From the NCBI GenBank assembly GCA_000091205.1, contig AP006499.2: a stretch of 64,000 bases of DNA. One strand, written 5' to 3'. This document shows, in pieces, positions 22,190 through 31,241 of the stretch. The DNA is from Cyanidioschyzon merolae. Taxonomy: Eukaryota. Both the position numbers and the translations under genes were made by a program. How positions within the stretch are numbered: position 1 is the first letter of the stretch; each line of letters begins with the position of its first letter. The notes under the pieces are model-generated. The model was not told the DNA's origin. It saw only the letters and a program-made list of their open reading frames with translations, and made no database searches.

Positions 22190-22520
22190 ACGATGATTGT
22201 ACAAGCGAATCGCCCTCTTTAGAGCCCCTAAAGGTGGACGCTGTACAGATCGTCCTCTCCAGCGCACATGAAGGCTGCCGCTGTACAGATCGCCCTCTTC
22301 AGAGCCCCTAAAGGTGGACGCTGTACAGATCGTCCTCTCCAGCGCACATGAAGGCTGCCGCTGTACAGATCGCCCTCTTCAGAGCCCCTAAAGGTGGACG
22401 CTGTACAGATCGTCCTCTCCAGCGCACATGAAGGCTGCCGCTGTATAGATCGTCCTCTTCAGAGCCCCTAAAGGTGGACGCTGTACAGATCGTCCTCTCC
22501 AGCGCACATGAAGGCGGACA
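22190..22520. repeat. 80-bp tandem minisatellite x4 (each unit made of two ~40-bp sub-repeats)
   Basis: 'agcgcacatgaaggc' recurs at 22261, 22341, 22421 and 22501; 'ctgtacagatcg(t/c)cctct' sub-repeat. It lies ~130 bp upstream of the Pol X ATG. Confidence 0.85.
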
Positions 22521-22647
22521 TCGACGCGCATGCACCGAGGCGATCTCTCGCCAAATATCTCTGAGGGAAAACGAGAGGGCTCTCTACTGTACCTCAGGTG
22601 CGCGTGCCGCTACCAAGTCCGATTGAGTGGAGAAAGGCTCACTTGGA

Positions 22648-24795
22648 ATGCCCCGCGCAACGAATCGGAGTTCTAGTGCGGCTGAAAGTGCTGCTGACAA
22701 CGGGGATACGCAGAACTCGGGCAACCTGGGGAGTGGAAGCGCGCGAGCAGCGCCGCGACTGCGAGGCCCCGGGAGAGCTCGTGGTGCCTGGCGTGGAGTA
22801 GCAAACGCGAGCGCTGCTACCTCGGGTCGGGTGCCTGCATCGCGATCACGAGTCACGCGAAGTCGATCAGGGACCAGTGCGAGTCCAGAGGCGACAGAAT
22901 CGACGGATCCAGTGGCTACGGCAACCGGAGCAGCTCCGCCGACACCTGTGGAGCTCTCCGCGGTACTCGCCTCGGTAAGTGCAAACGAATACAATCAGGC
23001 GCTCGCAGCGGAGTTGCTGGAGTTAGCGGAAGTCTACGAGTCGGGGTTTGCATCGGCGTATGAGCCGTCGCTATTCCAGCAGTTTGATGAGCGAGACTTG
23101 CGGCGAGCGCAGTCGCTCCGGTATGCGGCCTGGCGCGTTCGCCAACTTCCCGAAAACTGCGGTATTTTGGTACTGGATGAAGCCAGCCTAGCACAAGTGT
23201 TGTTTGAGGGACAATGGATAGCGTTTGCAAAGGAGCCTCATTTACCTGTAAGTCAGAACGGCGTACCTGTCCACATAGACGTGCACCATGCTGAGGCGGC
23301 AGCAGCTGCAGCCACGGGACTCGACACCGAGGACGCGCCGTATCTAAAACTCTTCCAGAGGGTTCCCATGACGCGCGTGATTTTCTTCGATGTGCTCCCA
23401 GCCGTGCGCGAATTTGCTCTACTTTGGGGATCGGGTATCGCCAGAGGCAGATCACCAGAAAATCTGCTCGAGCTTCGCACCTTTCGAGACGAGAGTGCAG
23501 CCCAGGCGCTGACGCTCTTTCATTGTGTCTGGCATGCGAAACGAATTCGCGCAATGCAGTGGTATCATGCGGGGTGCAAAACGCTGGAAGAAGTTGCATC
23601 GCGGTGTCGTCTCACGGACAAGAGGTTTCAATTGGGGATTCTCTACTACGATGATTTTCGGCTCTTGGTGCCGTACGGCGAGGTTGCAGCGATTACGAGC
23701 ATCTTTGCGTCGGCGTCTACGGAGATCGATGCAGATCTCTCGGTGATTCCGGTCGGTGCACTTCGACGCAATTACCAGGAATGCGGCGATGTGGACTTGA
23801 TCGTGACAGGCGAACCGGAAACCCTGCACCCCGACGGTGAACGATACGGCTCGTTGAAAGCGCTTATCAAACTGCTCCGTGAGCGACATTTCATAACGGA
23901 TGAGGCGGTTTCCATAGAGGTTGCAATGCAGCGACTGCAGCGGATACGCGAGAGCGAGGCCTACATGGCCGCGCACATGGGTCTGCTTCCCGACGAGCGC
24001 ACGAAGCCCTATGTCCGACCCGACTGGGCGGGCATCATCCAGGCGCCCGGATACCCGTCCGGGCCGGATGGTAACAGGCACAGCGACAGCTGCACCGATG
24101 CTGCGTACAACCTTCCAGCACTGGGCGGTGCCATGGTGCAAACTGCATCTAGCTGGGCGGGCGTGGACTTGCTTTCCTCGTCGCTGCCAGCAGCGGAGTC
24201 CATGGCTGGCGTTACGGCATCGGTGTCGGAGGAGTCGACTGCCCTGATGGCAACGGCCGCGAAGTCACAGTCCCCGCTACCGTACTGGTGGGCAACGCAT
24301 CTGCACGACGACGAACTCGATACGGAGGATGAGGTCACCTGGTCTGGAGTCGTTCGTCTCGCCGGGAAACCGCATCGCAGAGTGGATATCTATGTTGTCG
24401 AGAAAGATGAGCTACCCTGGGCACTGATCTGCTACACGGGCTCGCGAGCGTTTGTGAACGCCTTGTTGCGCCACGCCCGGCAGAAAGGATTGTACCTGAG
24501 TGCCCGTGGTGTCCGAAAGCTAGGTCATGCGTTGGGTCCAGGCTCGGGAGGTTTCGTAGCGCTCGAAGGGCCCGCGATGCACAAGGAGCGATCGTCGGAC
24601 GCAGGCTCCCGCGCAGCGTCAACTGCGATGGACTGCTCGGATACGCGGGTCGAGGTCGATCCCATGGAACGGTTTCGCAACGTGCATTCCGAGCGTGCAG
24701 CGTTCGAAGCACTCGGTCTGCGGTATCGAGAGCCCACCGAACGGGAATCAGCAGATGATCTCATCGTTGCTCATGAAATACCGGAAGTATCTTGA
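22648..24795 (+). CDS. DNA polymerase X family (Pol beta/lambda-like) with long low-complexity N-terminal region
   Basis: GDVDLIVTGEPE (catalytic Asp pair, cf. Pol beta GDMDVLLTHP) and ICYTGSRAFVNALLRHARQKGLYLSARGV (cf. Pol beta [24 protein letters not shown]). The track start at 22627 is GTG; the first ATG is at 22648. Confidence 0.75.
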   Translation: MPRATNRSSSAAESAADNGDTQNSGNLGSGSARAAPRLRGPGRARGAWRGVANASAATSGRVPASRSRVTRSRSGTSASPEATESTDPVATATGAAPPTPVELSAVLASVSANEYNQALAAELLELAEVYESGFASAYEPSLFQQFDERDLRRAQSLRYAAWRVRQLPENCGILVLDEASLAQVLFEGQWIAFAKEPHLPVSQNGVPVHIDVHHAEAAAAAATGLDTEDAPYLKLFQRVPMTRVIFFDVLPAVREFALLWGSGIARGRSPENLLELRTFRDESAAQALTLFHCVWHAKRIRAMQWYHAGCKTLEEVASRCRLTDKRFQLGILYYDDFRLLVPYGEVAAITSIFASASTEIDADLSVIPVGALRRNYQECGDVDLIVTGEPETLHPDGERYGSLKALIKLLRERHFITDEAVSIEVAMQRLQRIRESEAYMAAHMGLLPDERTKPYVRPDWAGIIQAPGYPSGPDGNRHSDSCTDAAYNLPALGGAMVQTASSWAGVDLLSSSLPAAESMAGVTASVSEESTALMATAAKSQSPLPYWWATHLHDDELDTEDEVTWSGVVRLAGKPHRRVDIYVVEKDELPWALICYTGSRAFVNALLRHARQKGLYLSARGVRKLGHALGPGSGGFVALEGPAMHKERSSDAGSRAASTAMDCSDTRVEVDPMERFRNVHSERAAFEALGLRYREPTERESADDLIVAHEIPEVS

Positions 24796-25994
24796 TTTCT
24801 AGCCTTCCTTCGCGGGCGCAGCGTAGAGGCGCTTAACTGACGATCGGTACCTATGTGGCTGCGAATATCAGCTGCAAAAACGAAGCAGCATCGCTTGAGC
24901 AGCGGCCTGCACAGGAGCGGAATCCAACGGAGCAGCTGAGGCTCTCATTTGGCCACCAGACCGGCATCGAGCAGCATTCGGGAAGCAGGTAACGAGAACG
25001 TGGGATTCGGCAGTGCTGCTGCCTGCACTGGGCGATGCTTGCCATCACCACAACTATCCGGTTTGCAAGAGGCGCTCAACAGCTGGCTGCGTTTCTCCCT
25101 GCACACTGAGCGGCTGTGTTGTGCAGGGACCTGAGATGCTGCCGAACGCAACTTTCGTGTGCAACTCGCTCGGTCTGTCGGGCGCGCAGTGGTGCAACAC
25201 GCCAGCACGCCTCGTTTTTCGCGGAGGCAGCTTGGGATCTGTTGGTCGCTCGGGCACGAGCCAGCACCAGACGCGTACGCTGTGATGCCCAGGCTGTTTG
25301 GTGCCGCGCGCATTCGCAACATGCGTGGGTGTCGTGGTCGACGATGTGGCAAATTCACAGACTTTAGATCCTCAGAACAAACAATCCTGAGCCTGAGTAG
25401 AGCCCTGGGCGATTTCGACTCCACGTATGTCGTTGTAATCGCATTCGCGGACGTGAGTCTGGATTTCGCCAACTCGCAGATCAGCGTTGCGTTGTGTGGC
25501 TGCACCAGGGCATTTACTCATCGATTGGCACCTGCTGGAAAGTTTTTGTATTTGTGTCGTCACGTGTATTACGAATAGTTCTATACTGTTGGCGTGTACC
25601 AGAGATGCACGGGAATCTATTTCTGCTTGCGACGGTGCGTACTTAGGCGGACCACCAATGCCCCGTCGACATGCAACGCTCTGAATCGCAGGCATCCTTG
25701 TCATTAGATGTGTCGGTTGGCGAGCGACTGGGCGTGTTCGCGTTGCGGTCATTTGGCGCGATAATCACCCGGTTGGAGGTGAAGCACCTCGCATCTCTCC
25801 AACGACGAATTGGCCAAGCTGTTTCGACAACACGTTCCACCGTGGACTCGGCAGCAGTGTCCACGGAAACGATGCCGCAGACGATGGCGCGGAAGCCGCA
25901 CTCGACCCAGTATTGTCCGATGCGCTACGCACCCACAGGTATCAGAGCTTTAGAGTCGCGCCTGGAACCCGTGATCGAGCACGTTCGCAGGTGT

Positions 25995-26861
25995 TCAGGG
26001 AATGAATACCGTTTTCGTAAGCCCGCCATACACTTTAATCAGCATATCGCCCGCCAGGTTCAGGATAAACACTGCGCCAACGGTGCGGATGCCTCGCGGC
26101 ACGAGTCCCGAAAAAAAGAAGCGGATACTTTGTTTCTCCTGGTACACTTTTCGAGCGGTTTGGAAGAAATTTCTATAACGCTTCCCGACATCCGGTGTTT
26201 CATTTGGATCGCCCGGGTGGGGAATATCTGCCTGCTGGATGGTCTTGATGGTATCCGCCCACTGCGAAGCGGACGCCGCAACAACCCCAGCGATGATGCC
26301 GCTGGATGCGAATGCGACCACGCCTGGTCCACCTGTTCGCGCCTCAATTTCGGCCCGAAGAACTGGAGCAAGCCCTAAATAACCCCCCGTGTAGATACCC
26401 TCTCGAATAGCGGTGGCGAGAAACCCCTTGTAGAGTCTGAACGGCCCCTGCCGAGCAACGTTCACGAACTCTGAAACGAGGGTTGTCCCGCGTTTTTGTT
26501 GCTGAATCATGACGAGTTCCGCGGGCGAACTTACCGTTGCGGAGAGCGCACCGCCAAAGCACGCCGCTGCAATCTTTTCCCCATTGGAGAGACCAGTGTC
26601 GGAGCCAGCGTCCGCGTGCCGCGCAGCAAAGAAGTTGCGACCAATGCCGGTCCCCGCAAACTGGATACCCGTGATCGGGGCAATGCTCGCTGCATTCACG
26701 AAGAGCCCTCTGTACCAGTGGCTTGGGCGAAAGACTATTTCAGCGCTCCGTTGAATTTGGTTCTTGAAATAAATTGTCGGTTGTTGAATGCAGAGTTCGA
26801 TGACACCGGCCAAGGCGCCGATGCCAACGAGCTCACCCGGTCGTAGTTTTCGTTCCTGCAT
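25995..26861 (-). CDS. Mitochondrial carrier (SLC25)-like protein, divergent signature motifs
   Basis: 288 aa, the right size for a carrier. It shows a tripartite ~95-aa repeat organisation with degenerate Px[DE]xx[KR] motifs (PTIYFK, PAELVM, WADTIK) and a GLVPRGIRTVGAVFILNLAGDML C-terminus. The ATG at 26859-26861 is confirmed. Confidence 0.5.
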   Translation of the reverse strand: MQERKLRPGELVGIGALAGVIELCIQQPTIYFKNQIQRSAEIVFRPSHWYRGLFVNAASIAPITGIQFAGTGIGRNFFAARHADAGSDTGLSNGEKIAAACFGGALSATVSSPAELVMIQQQKRGTTLVSEFVNVARQGPFRLYKGFLATAIREGIYTGGYLGLAPVLRAEIEARTGGPGVVAFASSGIIAGVVAASASQWADTIKTIQQADIPHPGDPNETPDVGKRYRNFFQTARKVYQEKQSIRFFFSGLVPRGIRTVGAVFILNLAGDMLIKVYGGLTKTVFIP

Positions 26862-29120
26862 GCTCTACCAAAGCCGCAGCCTCCACCAATAACGTACAGA
26901 ATGAAAACGTAGTCCCAGAAACGTTCGAGCGCCTCTGGAACCCCGACTTGTCCACAAGGCGCTGCTCGTGCTCGTGGCGTGCACCCCAGTGGTGCAGCGT
27001 CCGGGCACCACGCAGGCAACGCTACGTGTCCATGCACGCATCGATCGCACGTATCGATCGATTGATCGATCGATGCGCAGCGGCGGCTAGAGGCGCTCAG
27101 CGGCCGCCGCTGCCGCCTGTGCATCCGGTCCGGTGCCGGGGTGAGCACGACGCGCCTGCTCGAGCGCGAAGCGGCAGCGGCTCTTCGCATGCAGTGCCTG
27201 TTCGTTGTAGCGAGGTTTGTTCTGGGTCGGCGTTGGGTCATTCGACGAAATGCTCTCCGACGCACGGGCGCTGGTCGTTGGCGATACATGAATACGAGCT
27301 GGATGGAGAAAGGAATAGCGGCATCGGGCTGAGCGCTGGGAAGCGGCGCGTCGATGCGTGCGTGCGCTGCTGCGCTCTTTTCCCTGATCTGCGCGGGCGA
27401 TGTGTGTCTCTGGCGTTTCCGCATCGATGCAGCAGGGATCCGAATAGTGATCTGAGCGTCGCTTTCTCGGTTATCCTATGACTGCGAAAAAGTGTCGAGC
27501 GCGGAATTTGCGGTCGACTGCAGCATCGACGGAGCGGATACGACGCCCGCTCCCTGGCGACGTCGATTTGGGGCGCTGGCAACCGCGGTGGCCAGCGGGG
27601 CTGTTCACACCCAGCGGTATGCGAGCGCTGAGGTGTCGCGCAGAACGGTTGACCGTCTCCATGGCGACGCTACTGAGACACCATGCGCAATAGCCGGTGT
27701 GACATGAAGTGCCGGATGCGATCACGCGGCTTTGCTGGACGATTTCGGATGCTTCTCGTAATCGAGCGGCATGCTTTCCGAATCACTGAGAAAGCGCGCT
27801 TCCGGGGCTTCGAACACGCATCGCGCTCCGCTGATGCATCTGGAGAACCCGGCACTGTGGTCAGCTCGAGGTCGGAAAATGTGCTGCTCGGCTTCGCCGG
27901 CTGGGAAACGGAATCGCATCGACACGAAGTGTGAAGAAGACGCTGTCTGCGTTCTCTCGTTGCAAGACAGCTGAGCGTTGTGTTCAGCGGTGCCCTGGTG
28001 CCCAGCAGCGCAACCGCGTCCATCTATGCGACGTTTCACCAATGACAGCCACGTGCATGAGCACTCGCACCTGACACATCGTTAACGTTCTGAAAACAGC
28101 ACCGATGCGACCGCCCCCGTCTGCTTCTGGCCAAGGAGCGCTCCCGACGTACAGTTAAGGAGGTCGCGAACGGTGTGTGCGGCACGCGCCGGTTGCGTCA
28201 CACCGGTACGTTCCGAGCGAGCGGTTCCCCCACACGCAGCCGCAGAACGCTAAACCATCCTCTGGACCCCAAAACGCTGGTGCAAAGAGCCGCCCCCAGC
28301 CAAGTACCCTGTCTATGTGGAAGGCATTTCGCACTGGTGCATGCGCCTCGCCCACCTGTGCATCGCGTGGGCGCGCGGCGAGCATTGCGGCGAGCGCAAA
28401 TGCAGGATACCGGGAGATAATTGCAACATGGGCGACGCCCAGACGCAGCTTAACTGCCCCTAGTCCCAGAATACAATGCGTTGCGGACGATTTGCGCAGC
28501 TCACGTAGCAGTACCTGCCACTGCAGAGTCGAACGGGTGACGAGCCTGGCAGACTGCTCCGGCTCGCGGGACCTTTCGCGTGGAAGGAAAACTTTCTAGA
28601 ATACGAAAAGCTTTTCCCCTTTCAAAGTATATCACAGAAGGGGAAAGCAATACATATACATGCCGGTGAATCCAGAGTCTATGTGCGTTAATCTAAATAG
28701 CGCGCGCTAGATACGCGCATCACGAGATCTGGCTGGCACGAGATACGATGCGCATGTCGCCGTTGAAGAGAAAAGCGATTCCGATCAGAAGCGTGTTCTA
28801 CCGGAACAAGTTGGATTTCCGTTGGAGTTTTACAAAAGAGCAGTTTTTTCATTTCATTTGGTCTTCAACCCTCAAACAAGTCTAGTAAAGTGTTTTTTCG
28901 CAGTATATGACAGAAGCGTTCGAAGAGCGTTGTTTTTCAAAAAAACTAAAAAATGAAAGCTATGAAAAAGCAAGTCGACGATCCTGGAGGCTCAGTGTGG
29001 CTGGCTGCCAGAAAAAAAAAACAATAAACATTACCGAGTCCAGAAGAAAAGGAAGAGAAAAAGAACCGAAAGGGGGAGGCTCTACGTCGAAGGCCGCAAG
29101 AAAGACGACAGTACGACGAG

Positions 29121-29879
29121 ATGGTGGTGAAAACCTTTCTTCTTGGACATACCAAGGATCCCTGCAGGGAAAAGTTGCGAGACGCTGTCGAAAAACGTGT
29201 CGACTCTTACTTCAGGAATATTGTGAAGGCGTCGTCAGGACTGATGCATTTGGCGAGGGAGATGTATCGCGACGTGACGCACATGGAAACGGTCAAGATT
29301 CCGGACAAGTTCTTCGACAAGACCTTTATTCGACACCTCATGCTTGGTACAGAGGAAGCGCGGAGGGAAAATGAGCGGGTGCACGTCCTCCACGGAAAAC
29401 ACTCCTTTTACAGCTTTAATGGTACTCGATACAAGGGTGACCGGGATATGTACGACTATGGGGCGATGAAGTACCTCACGAACCTGAAGAACCATCTGAT
29501 CGTGAACCTCGAACGTTTCATGATACGCGCCGTAGTTGCACTCTACCCGGACCTGTCTCGCCAAGGAATATGGGCGATTATCAATGGCATCACGAAAGAT
29601 CGCAGGCGTGAAGACGAGGTCGAATTTGTCGAGAAGAAGGAGTCAAACGAGAGCACGAATGAGGATTCTGTAATCCGTGCGGCTATGAAAGAGCATCGTG
29701 CGGTACTGGGGTTGGCGAATTCAGCAGAAAAGATATCAGCGTTGAAAAAAGATGAGGGAAGATCCTATCGCCTCATTCTGGGATATTTTGTGTTCCTGGA
29801 CCGAGAACTGGGACGCGAGGCAGAGATGAAACTGGGTGAGGAAAAAATGAAGCGTGGGAGAGACGGAAGGCTTTCCTAA
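29121..29879 (+). CDS. Fanzor/TnpB-like protein, N-terminal segment (copy A)
   Basis: 252-aa ORF (ATG confirmed), 96 % identical to copy-B ORF 53486-54244. It lies upstream of and co-oriented with the RuvC segments. Confidence 0.45.
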   Translation: MVVKTFLLGHTKDPCREKLRDAVEKRVDSYFRNIVKASSGLMHLAREMYRDVTHMETVKIPDKFFDKTFIRHLMLGTEEARRENERVHVLHGKHSFYSFNGTRYKGDRDMYDYGAMKYLTNLKNHLIVNLERFMIRAVVALYPDLSRQGIWAIINGITKDRRREDEVEFVEKKESNESTNEDSVIRAAMKEHRAVLGLANSAEKISALKKDEGRSYRLILGYFVFLDRELGREAEMKLGEEKMKRGRDGRLS

Positions 29880-30091
29880 TGGGGAAGCGCTTCAACGGCG
29901 TTCCAATGTGCAACATCAGTTCACATTTTGTGACTATCGACTCCAGAATCCTTTACGGCATCATGTAGGAGATCAGTCCGGAGTTCAGTGTCAGCAGGGA
30001 GGAGTTCTCCGCTGAGAAGCGGGAGACGCACTGGAAGAACATCTTCAATTTCAAACTTCTCAAAGTCAGCAAACAAAAGGTATTCACTGGA

Positions 30092-30658
30092 ATGATCGAA
30101 ACCGATGGAGTAGCCACGTGTGTACACTATCGGCGCTTGAAGGCAGATCGTCCAGTTCTGTGTTCAATATTGTCCGTAACGAAGCATGAAGATGAGAAGG
30201 AGGCGTATCCTGCGACGCAGAAAGTGCAGAATAACGACTTTGTCGTTGGCGCGGACCCCGGAACCACAAATATCGCAACCATCGCAGCACCCAAGCGTGC
30301 GGAAGATGGTACTGACGGCAACCTACGTCGGAAAGACGTGCGTCTTTTGAGGCTCTCGAGAGCAAGATACTATCGAGAATCGGGAATCATGAATGCAAGG
30401 AAGAAAATTGAGGCATGGAATGCAGGAATGAAAGAGCACCTGGAAGCCTTGAGTGAGATGACGAGCCGCGGAGCGGACTTTGAAGCTTTTCGGAAATTCA
30501 TGGAAGTTCGTGTTGCTCATTGGGATGCGCTGTGGGAAGAGTATACAAATCCCCGGTGCGCTCGTCTGCGAATGAATCTGTATTGTGGGAAGCGGCGCGC
30601 GTTCGCGAATTTTTTAATGAGTGCCTTGAAGGAGAATGAAAGTCAGGGCTCGTGGTAG
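30092..30658 (+). CDS. Fanzor/TnpB-like protein, RuvC-I segment (copy A)
   Basis: ...[19 protein letters not shown]... matches the TnpB RuvC-I catalytic Asp motif (cf. IGIDLGxxxxA). 188 aa, 96 % identical to copy-B ORF 52707-53273. Confidence 0.6.
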   Translation: MIETDGVATCVHYRRLKADRPVLCSILSVTKHEDEKEAYPATQKVQNNDFVVGADPGTTNIATIAAPKRAEDGTDGNLRRKDVRLLRLSRARYYRESGIMNARKKIEAWNAGMKEHLEALSEMTSRGADFEAFRKFMEVRVAHWDALWEEYTNPRCARLRMNLYCGKRRAFANFLMSALKENESQGSW

Positions 30659-31033
30659 CGTACGGAGCAGGGCGCCGGAGGATACAAAAAGGGTGTACAC
30701 CAGCTCCAACGGCAAGAACGTACATGGAGTGTGCACGGCGTTTTGTTACAATACCTGTAGATGAGTTTCGAACATCGTATACACACCATGAGCTGGGTTG
30801 TACACTTCAGAGAGTGGAGATGGAAAAGTGCCACCGGAGCCCTGAAGATATAAAAAAGTATGGACGGCTGACGGAAGAGCAAATGGAAAGGACGTCGAAA
30901 GTTCGTGGACTCCTTGCATTAGTAAGTACAACCAATGATGGAAAGAAGCGTATGGAGTTTGTGAATCGTGACTTTGATGCCGCTATCAATATCAGGAAAT
31001 GTGCGGTGATGGAGCATAGACCTCCAGAGTGGA
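30640..31033 (+). CDS. Fanzor/TnpB-like protein, zinc-finger-like plus RuvC-III segment (copy A), in -1 frame relative to the preceding segment
   Basis: ...VTIPVDEFRTSYTHHELGC...CHRS...MEFVNRDFDAAINIRKCAVME matches the TnpB C-terminal pattern (V..V.E.YTS.xC ... DRDxNAAxNI). The frame opens at 30640 and overlaps the end of the RuvC-I ORF by ~16 nt. The homologous copy-B ORF stops ~13 codons after NAAINI; copy A lacks that stop and reads through to 31395, which is artefactual. Confidence 0.55.
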
Positions 31034-31241
31034 CAAGAGTGAATTTTGTTGGACAACCTCTCAAAGTCGAACTATATGAGAAAAAGTTGGAAGCAGTATT
31101 CGGTAGACTGTTCAAAAAAACTGGGAGGCATCTGCACGTCAGTTGGCGACGTCTCGTCCAAGGCGCGGTTGCCGCCACTACTGTACACGCCCGACGTCGT
31201 TCGACTTTCGAGCGGCGTTTGGCCGGTGTCACCTCTAATCC

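Larger units (their letters stand above)
28749..31212 (+). mobile_element. TnpB/Fanzor-like (RuvC nuclease) element, copy A; 2.46 kb; inverted duplicate of 52145-54613
   Basis: ~96-97 % identity to the reverse complement of 52145-54613. A sharp left junction begins 'gcgcatgtcgccgttgaag' at 28749, and the flanks are unrelated. High identity holds to ~31020 and falls to ~80 % up to ~31212. Confidence 0.7.

Noticed and set aside
13030-22520. CRISPR array
   Set aside because: The repeat arrays at 13030-13985 and 22190-22520 are uninterrupted tandem units of 132 and 80 bp with no unique spacers, in a eukaryotic gene context, so they are minisatellites.
26735-27424. 229-aa minus-strand ORF upstream of the mitochondrial carrier
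   Set aside because: Translation is Arg/Ala/Pro-rich with no domain signature and overlaps short ORFs in other frames. It is treated as GC-rich intergenic/5' flank, containing a (TCGA)n-like microsatellite at ~27040-27075.
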